A stretch of 64,000 nucleotides of DNA from an uncultured Alphaproteobacteria bacterium. GTDB taxonomy: Bacteria > Pseudomonadota > Alphaproteobacteria > HIMB59. The stretch lies in NCBI GenBank assembly GCA_902521155.1, contig CABYQR010000003.1, positions 602 to 64,601 of the forward strand. Direction: 5' to 3'. The position numbers were made by a program, and so were the translations under genes. Shown here piece by piece: positions 29,231 to 39,315 of this stretch (position 1 is its first letter; each line of letters starts with the position of its first letter). Below the pieces are notes generated by a model. It saw only the letters and a list, made by a program, of their open reading frames with translations, made no database searches and was not told the DNA's origin.

Positions 29231-30031
29231 ATGAATCTAAAAAGACGAGATTTTATTAAAAAATTTTCTTGTTGTTGTTGCGCTCCCCTATTGCTCTCTT
29301 CCTGCACTGAAGTGGCAATTACTAATAGAAAGCAGCTTTCTTTTGTCTCTGAGGATCGCATTAATAATAAGGCTATTCAAGCTTACGAAAATATTAAAGA
29401 AAATGAAAATTTAATTAAATCAGGTTCTGAATTTAGGGCCTTAAATGAGGTTGGAAAAAGAGTAACAGGATCTGTTGAGCAGTATTTTAAAAATATGGGG
29501 CAGTTAGATACCCTTAAGGACTATAATTGGGAATTTATTCTAATTGACGATAAAGAGACCTTAAACGCATGGTGTATGCCAGGAGGTAAAATAGCATTCT
29601 ACACAGGTATTTTAGATATTACGGCCAATACAGATGGATTAGCCTCCGTTATGGGCCACGAAATAGCACATGCTGTTGCAAAACACAGTTTAGAGAGAGC
29701 TAGTCAAGCATTAGCAATAAATGTTGGCACAACTATTTTAGATATAGCTCTTGAGGGGGCTCTTTCTAGTTCGTCAGCAGATGATTACTTAGTTAGCTTA
29801 GGATTATCATTGCCCTTTAACAGATTACAAGAATCTGAGGCTGATTATTTAGGATTAGCTTTTATGACAATGGCAGAATATGACAATAATGAGGCATATA
29901 AAGTTTGGGAGAGAATGAAAAAAGCACAGAAAGGCTCACCCCCAGAGTTCTTATCAACCCACCCCTCGCCTAAAAACAGGATTCAAAAAATCAAGAATTG
30001 GATACCTGAGGTAAATGCACGCTTCTCCTAA
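29231..30031 (+). CDS. M48 family metallopeptidase, Tat-lipoprotein
   Basis: KRRDFIK Tat motif, lipobox LSSC, NAWCMPGGKI, HEIAH, ESEAD, FLSTHP. Confidence 0.92.
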   Translation: MNLKRRDFIKKFSCCCCAPLLLSSCTEVAITNRKQLSFVSEDRINNKAIQAYENIKENENLIKSGSEFRALNEVGKRVTGSVEQYFKNMGQLDTLKDYNWEFILIDDKETLNAWCMPGGKIAFYTGILDITANTDGLASVMGHEIAHAVAKHSLERASQALAINVGTTILDIALEGALSSSSADDYLVSLGLSLPFNRLQESEADYLGLAFMTMAEYDNNEAYKVWERMKKAQKGSPPEFLSTHPSPKNRIQKIKNWIPEVNARFS

Positions 30032-30071
30032 ATCATTAAATATTTAATAAAAAACTATGCTAATATGAAAT

Positions 30072-30272
30072 ATGACCAATACTAAAAAGAAAATTACAAA
30101 AAAAACTATTAAAAATAAAGACAGTGAAATCAAACGCTTAGAAAAGAAAATTGATCACCTTTATAAGAGATTAGATGGTCATATAAATAAAATTGATACA
30201 GTTTATGCAAGACTTGAAGCAAACTTTTCTGGCATTGAGAGACTTCTCTCCTTTTTTAGACTAAAAAAATAG
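30072..30272 (+). CDS. Hypothetical basic coiled-coil protein
   Basis: 66-aa ORF filling the spacer. Confidence 0.5.
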   Translation: MTNTKKKITKKTIKNKDSEIKRLEKKIDHLYKRLDGHINKIDTVYARLEANFSGIERLLSFFRLKK

Positions 30273-30275
30273 CAA

Positions 30276-30845
30276 TCAAACCTCTGAGTAATTAATACTT
30301 ACTGATAAACTATCTAAAATGCCAAAATAATTATCAGAAAACCACTGTTTGACTAATTTTTTAGGCACAATCACTGGGCTCCTGTCATGAATATGTTTTA
30401 TATTTTGCTCACTAGCCTTTGTTAAAATAGAGTATTCATTACCCTCATTTGTTTCTCTATAGACTGCTGCGAAATAAGAAATCTTCTCTTTTGTTTGTAA
30501 TATAAATTTTTTTTTAAGGGGTGAAATATTTTGCCATTCAAAATAAGAGTTAAAAGGTACTAAACATCTTTTTTTCATTATTAAATCTTTACTAAAATTT
30601 TTATCTGACACGGTTTCTGATCTCAAATTAAATAAAACTCTACCTTTCGAAAGCCAATCATAAGACAGACCCCATTTGAATAGTTCAAACAGGTATTCTT
30701 TGTTGTTAAAAAAAATTACAGGGTTTTCGGATGAAGGGCTAATATCAGTGTTTTTAAAAGAAAATATTTTTGGAAATTTAGTTACAGTATCTTTTTTGAA
30801 ATTAGATTTTGAATTTTCTAAGTTAAGTGAGTATCTACCACACAA
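30276..30845 (-). CDS. SOS response-associated peptidase (SRAP/YedK)
   Basis: N-terminal MCGRY, FNLRSET, RCLVP..YFEW, IHDRSP. Confidence 0.9.
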   Translation of the reverse strand: MCGRYSLNLENSKSNFKKDTVTKFPKIFSFKNTDISPSSENPVIFFNNKEYLFELFKWGLSYDWLSKGRVLFNLRSETVSDKNFSKDLIMKKRCLVPFNSYFEWQNISPLKKKFILQTKEKISYFAAVYRETNEGNEYSILTKASEQNIKHIHDRSPVIVPKKLVKQWFSDNYFGILDSLSVSINYSEV

Positions 30846-30853
30846 TGTATAGG

Positions 30854-31939
30854 TTATAGTTTTCTAAAATTAAGGTAATTAGAAATATCAAAATTGTTAT
30901 AGTTAGTTCTAAGATTTAAAAAATCAAAGTAACTATCTCTAATTCTATTACCAATTTCCGTATCAGCATAACTATCTAATACACCTGTAACATTTTTCTT
31001 AGCTTCTAAAACTATATCTTCAGGAAGTTTTCTAAAATTAACACCTAGTGATTTTAATTTATCTATAGCCCTGACTTCTTTATACATGAAATCGGATAAC
31101 ATTTCTTGATTTTCTGACTGACAAGCATATTGGATTATGCTTTTAGTACTATCATCAAAAGAATTCCATTTATCTAAGCTTATCCCTAAGGAAATAGAAA
31201 CAGTTGGTTTTTTAAAATCTGGGTAATAACAATATTTTGTAACTTTATAAAAACCAAAAGCCAAATCCATCACAGGATTTGACCAATCAGCAGCATCTAT
31301 AGCACCACTAGATAATGCTTGAAGAATTTCTCCTCCGGGGATATTTACAGGTGTTGCCCCCATACTCTTTAACAAGTCACCCCCCATACCTGGACTTCTA
31401 ATTTTAATTTTAGATATATCATCAACACTGTTAATTTCATTTTTAAACCATCCAAATAAAGTTGAACCAGTGTTTCCTACAACAAAATGCTTGAGGTTAT
31501 AATTAGATCCTAATTCGTCCCATAACTGTTGCCCTCCACCTAAATAAATCCATGAATTAAACTCTTCTGCAGTCATACCGAACGGAACTGCTGCGAAAAA
31601 TGGATAGGCTTTGTTTTTTCCACCCCAATAAAATTCTGCAGAATGATACATATCAGCAGTCCCAGATGAAACAGCATCAAAGACTCCAAAAGGTGGTACT
31701 AATTCTCCTGCTGAATAAACATTAACTTTAATTTTGTTGTTTGATAATTTTTCTATTCTTTTGGCCAATCTATTAGCACCTAGACCAATACCAGGGAAGT
31801 TTTCAGGCCAGGAAGTAACCATACTTAGTTCATTTATGTTACTAGCATGAACATTAAAACTGCTTATGGAAGCAGCACCTATTACAGGAATAGCTACTTT
31901 TTTTATAAAACTTCTTCTATTAATTTTATTTTTTTTCAT
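30854..31939 (-). CDS. TRAP transporter substrate-binding protein (DctP, TakP-like)
   Basis: Tat signal NRRSFIK, MVTSWP, AGELVPPFGVFDAVSSG, GNTG, GWFKNEI. Confidence 0.9.
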   Translation of the reverse strand: MKKNKINRRSFIKKVAIPVIGAASISSFNVHASNINELSMVTSWPENFPGIGLGANRLAKRIEKLSNNKIKVNVYSAGELVPPFGVFDAVSSGTADMYHSAEFYWGGKNKAYPFFAAVPFGMTAEEFNSWIYLGGGQQLWDELGSNYNLKHFVVGNTGSTLFGWFKNEINSVDDISKIKIRSPGMGGDLLKSMGATPVNIPGGEILQALSSGAIDAADWSNPVMDLAFGFYKVTKYCYYPDFKKPTVSISLGISLDKWNSFDDSTKSIIQYACQSENQEMLSDFMYKEVRAIDKLKSLGVNFRKLPEDIVLEAKKNVTGVLDSYADTEIGNRIRDSYFDFLNLRTNYNNFDISNYLNFRKL

Positions 31940-31967
31940 ATTTGTGTATTTATATTAACTATCAATA

Positions 31968-32486
31968 ATGAAATTAGAAGCGGTAAATTTACTCACCCTA
32001 TTAGATGATAATAGCGTTAATTACAAACTATTTGAGCATGAAGCTTTTTATACAGTTGAGGAGTCTAGTAAATTAAAAATAGACATGGATATGCAAGGAG
32101 CGCATACAAAAAATCTTTTTTTAAGAGATAAAAAAAGAAATTTTTTTTTAATTTCATGCTTAGATAATCAATTAGTTGATTTAAAAGAAATTAAAAACCT
32201 TATTTCTTGCCAGGGTAATCTATCTTTTGGAAGTGCTGATTATTTATTTGAAAAACTTGGTGTAAAACCAGGATCTGTCAGTCCTTACGCATTAGTAAAT
32301 GATTTAGAAAAAGATGTAACTTTTTATTTAGACAAGAGTATAACAGAATTTGATTTATGTAATTTTCATCCGTTAGATAATACTAAAACAATACAGGTTT
32401 TAACAAAAGATTTTCTTTCATTTATAAATACGTTTACAAAAATAAAGTTAATTGATTTTGAAAAAAAAGAAATATTAGAAATTTAA
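31968..32486 (+). CDS. ProX/PrdX-like prolyl-tRNA editing protein (YbaK superfamily)
   Basis: HTKNLFLRDKK, LGVKPGSVSPY, FHPLDN. Confidence 0.9.
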   Translation: MKLEAVNLLTLLDDNSVNYKLFEHEAFYTVEESSKLKIDMDMQGAHTKNLFLRDKKRNFFLISCLDNQLVDLKEIKNLISCQGNLSFGSADYLFEKLGVKPGSVSPYALVNDLEKDVTFYLDKSITEFDLCNFHPLDNTKTIQVLTKDFLSFINTFTKIKLIDFEKKEILEI

Positions 32487-32968
32487 TCTCTAAAGTTTTG
32501 ATATTGAAGAGGAACACCAATATCATTTTGTTTTAATAAATCTATCATGGACTGAAGGTCATCACGTTTCTTTCCAGTAATTCTGACTTCGTCCCCATTA
32601 ATGGATGCTTGGACTTTAGCTTTAGAGGATTTGACTAAGTTTGTAATTTTTTTGGCATTTTCTTTTGAAATACCATTAAGAATATCAACAAATTGTCTTA
32701 CTCTATTGCCTGAAGCGGTTTCTGTAGATTTAACATGAATGAATTTTGGATCTACCTTTCTTCTGACTATATTATTTTTTAAGATGTCATTAAATTGATT
32801 AAGCTTTGTATTATCAGTTGTTTCAATAGTAATTGAATATTCTGATCTATCTATGGTTGAATTTGTATTTTTAAAATCAAAACGATTATCAACTTCTCTT
32901 TTGGTATTATTAATGGCATTATCGATTTCCTGCAAATCTGGAGAAGAAACAACATCAAATGAAGGCAT
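32483..32968 (-). CDS. yajQ: YajQ family nucleotide-binding protein
   Basis: MPSFDVVS, RFDFK, RITGKKRDDLQ, LQYQNFRD. Confidence 0.95.
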   Translation of the reverse strand: MPSFDVVSSPDLQEIDNAINNTKREVDNRFDFKNTNSTIDRSEYSITIETTDNTKLNQFNDILKNNIVRRKVDPKFIHVKSTETASGNRVRQFVDILNGISKENAKKITNLVKSSKAKVQASINGDEVRITGKKRDDLQSMIDLLKQNDIGVPLQYQNFRD

Positions 32969-33843
32969 ATTTTAACTCTACAGTATTTTTATTTATAGCA
33001 ACACTATTATGTTGGGGGCCAACTTGGTATGTCATTAAGTTTCAGTTAGGAATAGTTGATCCAATGGTATCTGTATTTTATAGATTTTTTTTATCCTCGA
33101 TTATAATTCTACTTTTTTGTGTCTTAAATCAAATTAATTTGAAGTTTTCTTTTAAAGAACATGTCTATATTGCTATTTTAGGTATTACCTTATTTAACAT
33201 AAATTACGTTTTATTTTATCTTTCAACACAACAATTAATTAGTGGTTTCGTTGCTCTCTGCTTTTCATCAATATTATTTATGAATGTTATAAACAATATT
33301 CTCTTTAAGCAAAACTATCCAAAAATAATGACTGTAATTGGGGGATTAGTTGGAACATTGGGGTTGGTATTTATTTTCTATGAGGAAATTATTAACTTTG
33401 AATTTTCAAAAGGCACTAGTTATGGAATATTTATAGGAATATTAGCTACTTACTTTGCATCAATAGGAAATTTAGTATCAGAGTATACTTCAAAAATAAA
33501 AATGAATGTAATTTCTGTAACAGGATATGGAATGCTCTATGGATCAATAACACTGCTTCTGTACCTTCTTATAACAGGCATAAATCTAAACTTTGATATG
33601 AGCTATAGATATATTTTATCATTAACTTATTTGTCTATTTTTGGAAGTGTTTTTGGTTTTATTTTATATCTAACGATTATTAAAAATATAGGTGCAAATG
33701 AAGCTGCCTACATAGCAATTATTATGCCTTTAATAGCCTTAGTAATTTCAACTATATTTGAAGGACTAAAATGGGATTTAAGCTTATATATTGGTGCTGC
33801 ATTAGTAATCTTTGGAAATATTTTAATTCTTAAAAAAAATTAA
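32959..33843 (+). CDS. EamA/DMT family transporter
   Basis: About 10 TM segments; WGPTW, SVFYRF, YLSIFGS. Confidence 0.9.
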   Translation: MKAYFNSTVFLFIATLLCWGPTWYVIKFQLGIVDPMVSVFYRFFLSSIIILLFCVLNQINLKFSFKEHVYIAILGITLFNINYVLFYLSTQQLISGFVALCFSSILFMNVINNILFKQNYPKIMTVIGGLVGTLGLVFIFYEEIINFEFSKGTSYGIFIGILATYFASIGNLVSEYTSKIKMNVISVTGYGMLYGSITLLLYLLITGINLNFDMSYRYILSLTYLSIFGSVFGFILYLTIIKNIGANEAAYIAIIMPLIALVISTIFEGLKWDLSLYIGAALVIFGNILILKKN

Positions 33844-34982
33844 TTTTTAAATAATTTTTTTTGAAATATTACAATTATACTTATCAATAAAAACAAAATT
33901 AACATAGGGGTGTAAACATACTCAATACCAAATATATCAGCTACATAGCCTAATGTAGGTGGTGCAATCATAAAAACACCATATGTTCCAATAGTAATAA
34001 TAGTAATACCTACTGTTGGATTTAAATTTTTTATAGAAGCTCCAAATGTATAACAAATTGGGATAATGGAAGAGACAGAAAAACCTGCAATTACAAAACC
34101 TAAAATAGCAAACAATAAAGAGCTACTCGAGGCAATAAATATTGAACCTACAAAAGACCCAATAACTGAAAAAACTAAGAAATTATAAATACCAAATATT
34201 TCTTTTAGTCTATCGCCTATTAATCTTCCTAAGACCATACTTCCATTAAATGCAATTGCCGCAAGACCAATATTAAATCCTTCAGCTAGTATATAGTCTC
34301 TCATATATAACGATCCCCAAGAGTCAGTTCCTCCCTCAAGAAAAACTGCTGTAATAGCTAGTAAAAATAAAATAATTAGAAATAAGGGCCATTTAAAAAA
34401 AATTGAAAGAAAAGATAGAGTGTCTGATTGAATATTTTTAATAGTCAGACTACTAAAATATAAAATTGGAGAAATCATAATAATAAAAATTAATGAATTA
34501 ATAAAAAAACTTATTTTATATTCAAGAAAAAGACTAGTCAGCAGAGAGCCCGATAACAAACCAATGCTCCAAAAAGCATGGAATCCAGACATCATAGGTT
34601 TATTGAATTTTTTTTCTAGTGAAGTAGCTTGTAAATTAAGAATGATTTCAAATAAGCCATAACAAATACCAAAAATAAAACTCAGAACCCCCATCAATTT
34701 AAATGAATTAGCAAAAGGTATTAAAATCCATAAAAAATTAATAATAAATCCTGAGATAAGAGCTACTCTCTTTGGTGAAAATAAATGTATTAATTTAGGA
34801 GCTACTACCATTGTTAAAACTGATCCGATTGAAAATATTACAAAGAGGTATCCCAAACCTGTATATTCAACTCCAATTTGATCTTTAATGTCTGGTATTC
34901 TAACTGCCCACAGTCCTACAAAAAAAGAAATTGAGAAAAATAAAGCCTTACATGCGTTGATATCTGAAATTTTAATATTCAA
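33840..34982 (-). CDS. MFS transporter
   Basis: About 12 TM segments; WAVRIPDIK, MSGFHAFWSIG, EGGTDSWG, GRLIGD. Confidence 0.9.
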   Translation of the reverse strand: MNIKISDINACKALFFSISFFVGLWAVRIPDIKDQIGVEYTGLGYLFVIFSIGSVLTMVVAPKLIHLFSPKRVALISGFIINFLWILIPFANSFKLMGVLSFIFGICYGLFEIILNLQATSLEKKFNKPMMSGFHAFWSIGLLSGSLLTSLFLEYKISFFINSLIFIIMISPILYFSSLTIKNIQSDTLSFLSIFFKWPLFLIILFLLAITAVFLEGGTDSWGSLYMRDYILAEGFNIGLAAIAFNGSMVLGRLIGDRLKEIFGIYNFLVFSVIGSFVGSIFIASSSSLLFAILGFVIAGFSVSSIIPICYTFGASIKNLNPTVGITIITIGTYGVFMIAPPTLGYVADIFGIEYVYTPMLILFLLISIIVIFQKKLFKN

Positions 34983-35007
34983 TTTAAAAATGAGGGAAGT
35001 TATTTAC

Positions 35008-35445
35008 TTACCATCCACCCTCATCGCTGGCTAATTTTTCAGTGATAGTTTTTGATTTTTTCCAGTTTACTAACTTCCAAATACCACTTCCAGATACTAT
35101 TAAAATTTTTTTTGAAAAGACTTGGCATTTTACAAATGAAAGAGTTTTAGTTTTTTTTTCAATAATAGGAATTCCTATTAACTCATCTCCCTCAACAGCT
35201 GAAAAGGTAAAATGAGTATTCATAGATATTGTTACACAAGGTGTATTGTCGAAACTTTTATAAGCCGCATTACCCATAACATTATCCAGAAAGGACATAA
35301 GGAAACCACCATGAGCAAAATTACCTGAATTTAAATGAGACTCTTTTACAAACATTCTAAAATAGTCTTTCCCATTTTCGTTTTTAGTCTCGAGTGGCCC
35401 TAATAATTGAGAATATGGAGAATTTGAAATTGACTTCCAGTTCAT
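35008..35445 (-). CDS. PaaI family thioesterase
   Basis: HLNSGNFAHGGFLMSFLD hotdog-fold motif; ATG 35445 preferred. Confidence 0.85.
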   Translation of the reverse strand: MNWKSISNSPYSQLLGPLETKNENGKDYFRMFVKESHLNSGNFAHGGFLMSFLDNVMGNAAYKSFDNTPCVTISMNTHFTFSAVEGDELIGIPIIEKKTKTLSFVKCQVFSKKILIVSGSGIWKLVNWKKSKTITEKLASDEGGW

Positions 35446-35522
35446 ATATGACTTTATAGAGCAATATACCAAAAAATAAATGATTTATGATTTTATAGTT
35501 TTCTTTAGGGCGATCTCTTCTT

Positions 35523-37295
35523 ATGAGGTTAAAAAATATTATGGTGAATAGATCTTTTAGAGTTGATGCTAACGATATCAATAGTTTTACCCCTAGCTAT
35601 TCAGGCACCAATGGGTCAATAGCAACTCACTCAAACCTTTCAGCAACAACAGCTTACTCTATCTTAAAGGAAGATGGTGGGAATGCCTTTGATGCTGCCG
35701 CTGGTGCCATGTTAGTAGAAAGTCTTGTTAATCCTCAAATGTTTAGTATGGGGGGCGAAGGCGTTATGATATTAAAGCCTAATTCCAAAAACCCTATTGT
35801 GCTCAATGGAAATACTAAATCCCCTCATAATTTTAATTTTTTAAATTTAGTAACAAAAGGTTTAAGAGAGATACCCGATCAAGGGATACTCAGTGCTGGA
35901 GTTCCCTCGGCTTTTTCCTCTATTTTTAGGCTCTTGCAAAATTATGGCAAATTAAATTTTAGAGATATAGCAAAATACGCCCATCAATATGCCAAAAACG
36001 GTTTTCCCATTCATAATGGGATTATAAATCAAAATAAATTTGGATTAAGAGATTTAAAAGAAAAATTTACAAAGGAGTGGAATAATTCTGCCAATCTCTA
36101 TCTTAAGAAGGGTAAATTACCAATAGTTGGAACTCTTCAAAGAAATAAATCCTTTAGCAGTCTTCTTGATTATCTATCAAACTACGAAAAAAAATTATCA
36201 AGTAACAGAAATAATAATTTTAACAATCTTCATGATGCCTTCTATAAAGGAGACATAGCTAACACAATAATCAAACATTCAAATAATCTTAATGGCTTAC
36301 TTACTAAGGACGACTTAAGTAATTATGATGTAGAATTTGAAAAAACAGTATTTGCAAAATTTGGTGATTACCACATACATAAAACTGATATTTGGGGTCA
36401 AGGATTGACAAGTTTAATGATGATGAAGTTATGTGAGAAGAAAAAAGTAAAATCTCTTGATGATGAAGAGAGTTTTCATAAATTTGTAGAGTCATTAAAA
36501 CTTACATTTGCAGATAGAGAAATGTATTTTAGTGGTCAAAAAAATCCTAAAGTCAAAGCCAAACATCTCTTAAACAGTAACTACTTAAATAAAAGGTCTA
36601 AGCTCATAACCAACAAGGCAATCGAAGCTATCATACCAGGTGATCCTTTAACTAATAAATCGCTCCTACCTCTCGATAATGAAATTAAACCGTGGGGGGC
36701 AGGAACAGTTCACATTAGTATTATTGATAAAGATAATAATGCTATTTCGTGTACACCAAGTGGTGGTTGGATAAGGTCCAATGAAGTAATAAAAGACTTA
36801 GGTTTTCCTCTTGGAAATAGACTTATGACATTTTATTTGTCTAAGCCCGGTCATGTTAATTTTATAACACCCTCTCAACAGCCTAGAACAACCCTAAGTC
36901 CCACCCTTATAATTAATAAAAAAGGTAAAGAGATAATGTCTTGTGGAACTATGGGGGGAGATGCACAGGATCAGTGGCAGGCACAGTTTTTAATAAACTA
37001 TATATTTGCAAATAAACCAATTGATATAGCTCTCAATGAGCCAAGAGTTTCTTCAGAACACCTTCCCGCCTATTTCCATCCACATGAGCCTAATAATAAA
37101 CATTTACTCCTAGAAGAAAGACTTTCTCCCTTAGTTAAAAAACTGAATAAAAGAGGACATATAACTAACCTTGTTACTGATTGGAGCGAGGGATTTATTC
37201 TTTGTGCTAGAAAGAAAGATAAAATTTATGATGCATACGCTGACATTAGAAGTTATAAAAGTCAAATATTTCAAGCCCAAGCTATATCATGGTAA
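35523..37295 (+). CDS. Gamma-glutamyltransferase family protein
   Basis: GGNAFDAA, GVPS, FYKGDIA, N-terminal nucleophile G/TVHISIID, PRTTLSPT, GTMGGD. Confidence 0.9.
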   Translation: MRLKNIMVNRSFRVDANDINSFTPSYSGTNGSIATHSNLSATTAYSILKEDGGNAFDAAAGAMLVESLVNPQMFSMGGEGVMILKPNSKNPIVLNGNTKSPHNFNFLNLVTKGLREIPDQGILSAGVPSAFSSIFRLLQNYGKLNFRDIAKYAHQYAKNGFPIHNGIINQNKFGLRDLKEKFTKEWNNSANLYLKKGKLPIVGTLQRNKSFSSLLDYLSNYEKKLSSNRNNNFNNLHDAFYKGDIANTIIKHSNNLNGLLTKDDLSNYDVEFEKTVFAKFGDYHIHKTDIWGQGLTSLMMMKLCEKKKVKSLDDEESFHKFVESLKLTFADREMYFSGQKNPKVKAKHLLNSNYLNKRSKLITNKAIEAIIPGDPLTNKSLLPLDNEIKPWGAGTVHISIIDKDNNAISCTPSGGWIRSNEVIKDLGFPLGNRLMTFYLSKPGHVNFITPSQQPRTTLSPTLIINKKGKEIMSCGTMGGDAQDQWQAQFLINYIFANKPIDIALNEPRVSSEHLPAYFHPHEPNNKHLLLEERLSPLVKKLNKRGHITNLVTDWSEGFILCARKKDKIYDAYADIRSYKSQIFQAQAISW

Positions 37296-38059
37296 AAAAA
37301 AATAAATTAGAAGACATAATTGGAGTTGTGAAAAGACTCCGTAATCCTAAAAATGGTTGCCCATGGGACATTGAGCAAACATCAAAATCTTTAGCTAAAT
37401 ATACATTAGAAGAAGCCTATGAAGTAGTTGAAGCAATAGAAAAAGGAAACTTTAATGAATTAGAAGATGAATTGGGAGATTTATTATTACAAGTCATTTA
37501 TCACACTGTCATAGCAGAAGAAAAAAAGAAATTTACGATTAATAATGTTATAGAAAAAAGTGTTGAAAAGATGAAATTAAGGCATCCTCATATTTTTTTA
37601 AAAGATAAATCAATTAAATCTATTCAAGATGTAAATAATTTTTGGGAATACCAAAAAAAAATTGAAAGAAAGAAAAAAGGATCAAACTCTGCTCTAGATG
37701 GAGTTAGTACTAGTTTGCCAGCTGTAACTAGATCTCTCAAACTACAAAAAAGAGCTTCAAAAGAAGGTTTTGATTGGAATAATGCTCAAGATACATTGAA
37801 AAAAGTAAAAGAGGAATTATCAGAGTTGACTACAGAAATGAAAGGCAATAACAAAAAAAGAATTAAAGAAGAATTAGGAGATTTACTATTTTCTTGTATC
37901 AATTTATCAAGAAAATTAGGGCTTGATACTGAGACAGTTATAAGAGAATCTAATAGAAAATTTGAAAAAAGATTTAAAAAAATGGAAAAAAATATGAATT
38001 CTAAGAAACTTGATTGGAAACTTAAAAATTTGGAGAAGGAATGGGAAAAATCAAAGTAA
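37289..38059 (+). CDS. mazG: Nucleoside triphosphate pyrophosphohydrolase MazG
   Basis: GCPWDIEQT, EEAYEV, DELGDLL, RHPHIF, EELGDLLF. Confidence 0.95.
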   Translation: MVKKNKLEDIIGVVKRLRNPKNGCPWDIEQTSKSLAKYTLEEAYEVVEAIEKGNFNELEDELGDLLLQVIYHTVIAEEKKKFTINNVIEKSVEKMKLRHPHIFLKDKSIKSIQDVNNFWEYQKKIERKKKGSNSALDGVSTSLPAVTRSLKLQKRASKEGFDWNNAQDTLKKVKEELSELTTEMKGNNKKRIKEELGDLLFSCINLSRKLGLDTETVIRESNRKFEKRFKKMEKNMNSKKLDWKLKNLEKEWEKSK

Positions 38060-39315
38060 TTTTCTTTTTAATTATAATAAGTTTTTGTATAAGTTCTGCA
38101 AAATCTTATGAAATTTCTGATCTAATAAAAATTCTAATTGAAAAAAATAATACAAACTCTTCTTTTAAATATGATGATTTAATTGACAATAAAAATCTTC
38201 AAAATGCTGATACTATTTATATTCCACAAATAGATTATTCTTATAATTTTTCTAATAGCACAACCTCTACTAACACCACTGATACTCTTAACTCACATAC
38301 TAACACTATTAGTGCTACTCTTAATTTATATAATGGTGGTTTTAGTCAGCTAAACTTACTTACAACTCAAACTCGCAATCAAGCTTACGACTACCTAAGG
38401 CAGTATCAAAAGGAATTATTAATTAAGGAGTTAATTAATGGTTATAATAGTCTTCAGGGTTTAATTATTAAAAAAGGTAATCAAGAACAAAATTTAGAGT
38501 TTTATAAAAAAAAGGTTCAAGAAGCAGAAATACTCTTTCAAGCTAATAGAATAACTAAAATGGATTTACTTGATTTTCAAAATGAATTAATTAATGCAGA
38601 ATCCTTACTTTACGATTATGACAGACAAATTGATAATTTAATGCTTCAAGTAAATAAATTATTAGACTTAGAAATCACAGATGAAGATGTTAATTTTTCA
38701 TTTAGTATTATTATCCCAAATCAACTAATAGAAAAAAAAATATTTTCTGAGCTTATGAATTCTTCCTATGGAAATTATTTAAGTTATTTAGAAAAAACAT
38801 ATGTGCCTGAATTAGAAATGTCTAAAAAAGAACTTCTTCCATCTGTTGATCTTTCCTATTCTCTTTCTGATACAGATAAATTTTCTAGTAGTATCAATCA
38901 TAGAAGAAGTTCTGCTCTATCATTGACTATGACAATTCCTATTTATGATGGGTACAAAGATGAAAATAACTTTGATGTTGATAAATATGAATATCAAAAA
39001 AAACTACTTGAGCAAAAAGACTTAAAAAAAGATATGCTTAACACTTATCTTGAGTCTTGGAACAACTATGATTTCTATAATCTTAAAATAAATAACCAAA
39101 AAAAAATTATTGAAACCCTTACCTTAAAACTCAAAGGTGATGAAATTCTTTATAAAGCTCAAAAAATTAGTGTTACGAGATTTATTGAAACAAAGAATGA
39201 ACTCAATGATGCTAATAATAATTTATTGGACCTAATGACTCAACAAAAATACTATTTACTTGATATAATTATATTAAATAACGATCTTGAAAGTGTAATC
39301 AATGGACTGGGATAG
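38041..39315 (+). CDS. TolC family outer membrane efflux protein
   Basis: Signal peptide; two OEP repeats (YIPQIDY...LYNGG and LLPSVDL...IPIYDG). Confidence 0.75.
   Translation: MGKIKVIFFLIIISFCISSAKSYEISDLIKILIEKNNTNSSFKYDDLIDNKNLQNADTIYIPQIDYSYNFSNSTTSTNTTDTLNSHTNTISATLNLYNGGFSQLNLLTTQTRNQAYDYLRQYQKELLIKELINGYNSLQGLIIKKGNQEQNLEFYKKKVQEAEILFQANRITKMDLLDFQNELINAESLLYDYDRQIDNLMLQVNKLLDLEITDEDVNFSFSIIIPNQLIEKKIFSELMNSSYGNYLSYLEKTYVPELEMSKKELLPSVDLSYSLSDTDKFSSSINHRRSSALSLTMTIPIYDGYKDENNFDVDKYEYQKKLLEQKDLKKDMLNTYLESWNNYDFYNLKINNQKKIIETLTLKLKGDEILYKAQKISVTRFIETKNELNDANNNLLDLMTQQKYYLLDIIILNNDLESVINGLG

Noticed and set aside
29261-29296. CCCC run in the M48 leader as a metal-binding motif
   Set aside because: It lies within the cleaved Tat/lipoprotein signal peptide.
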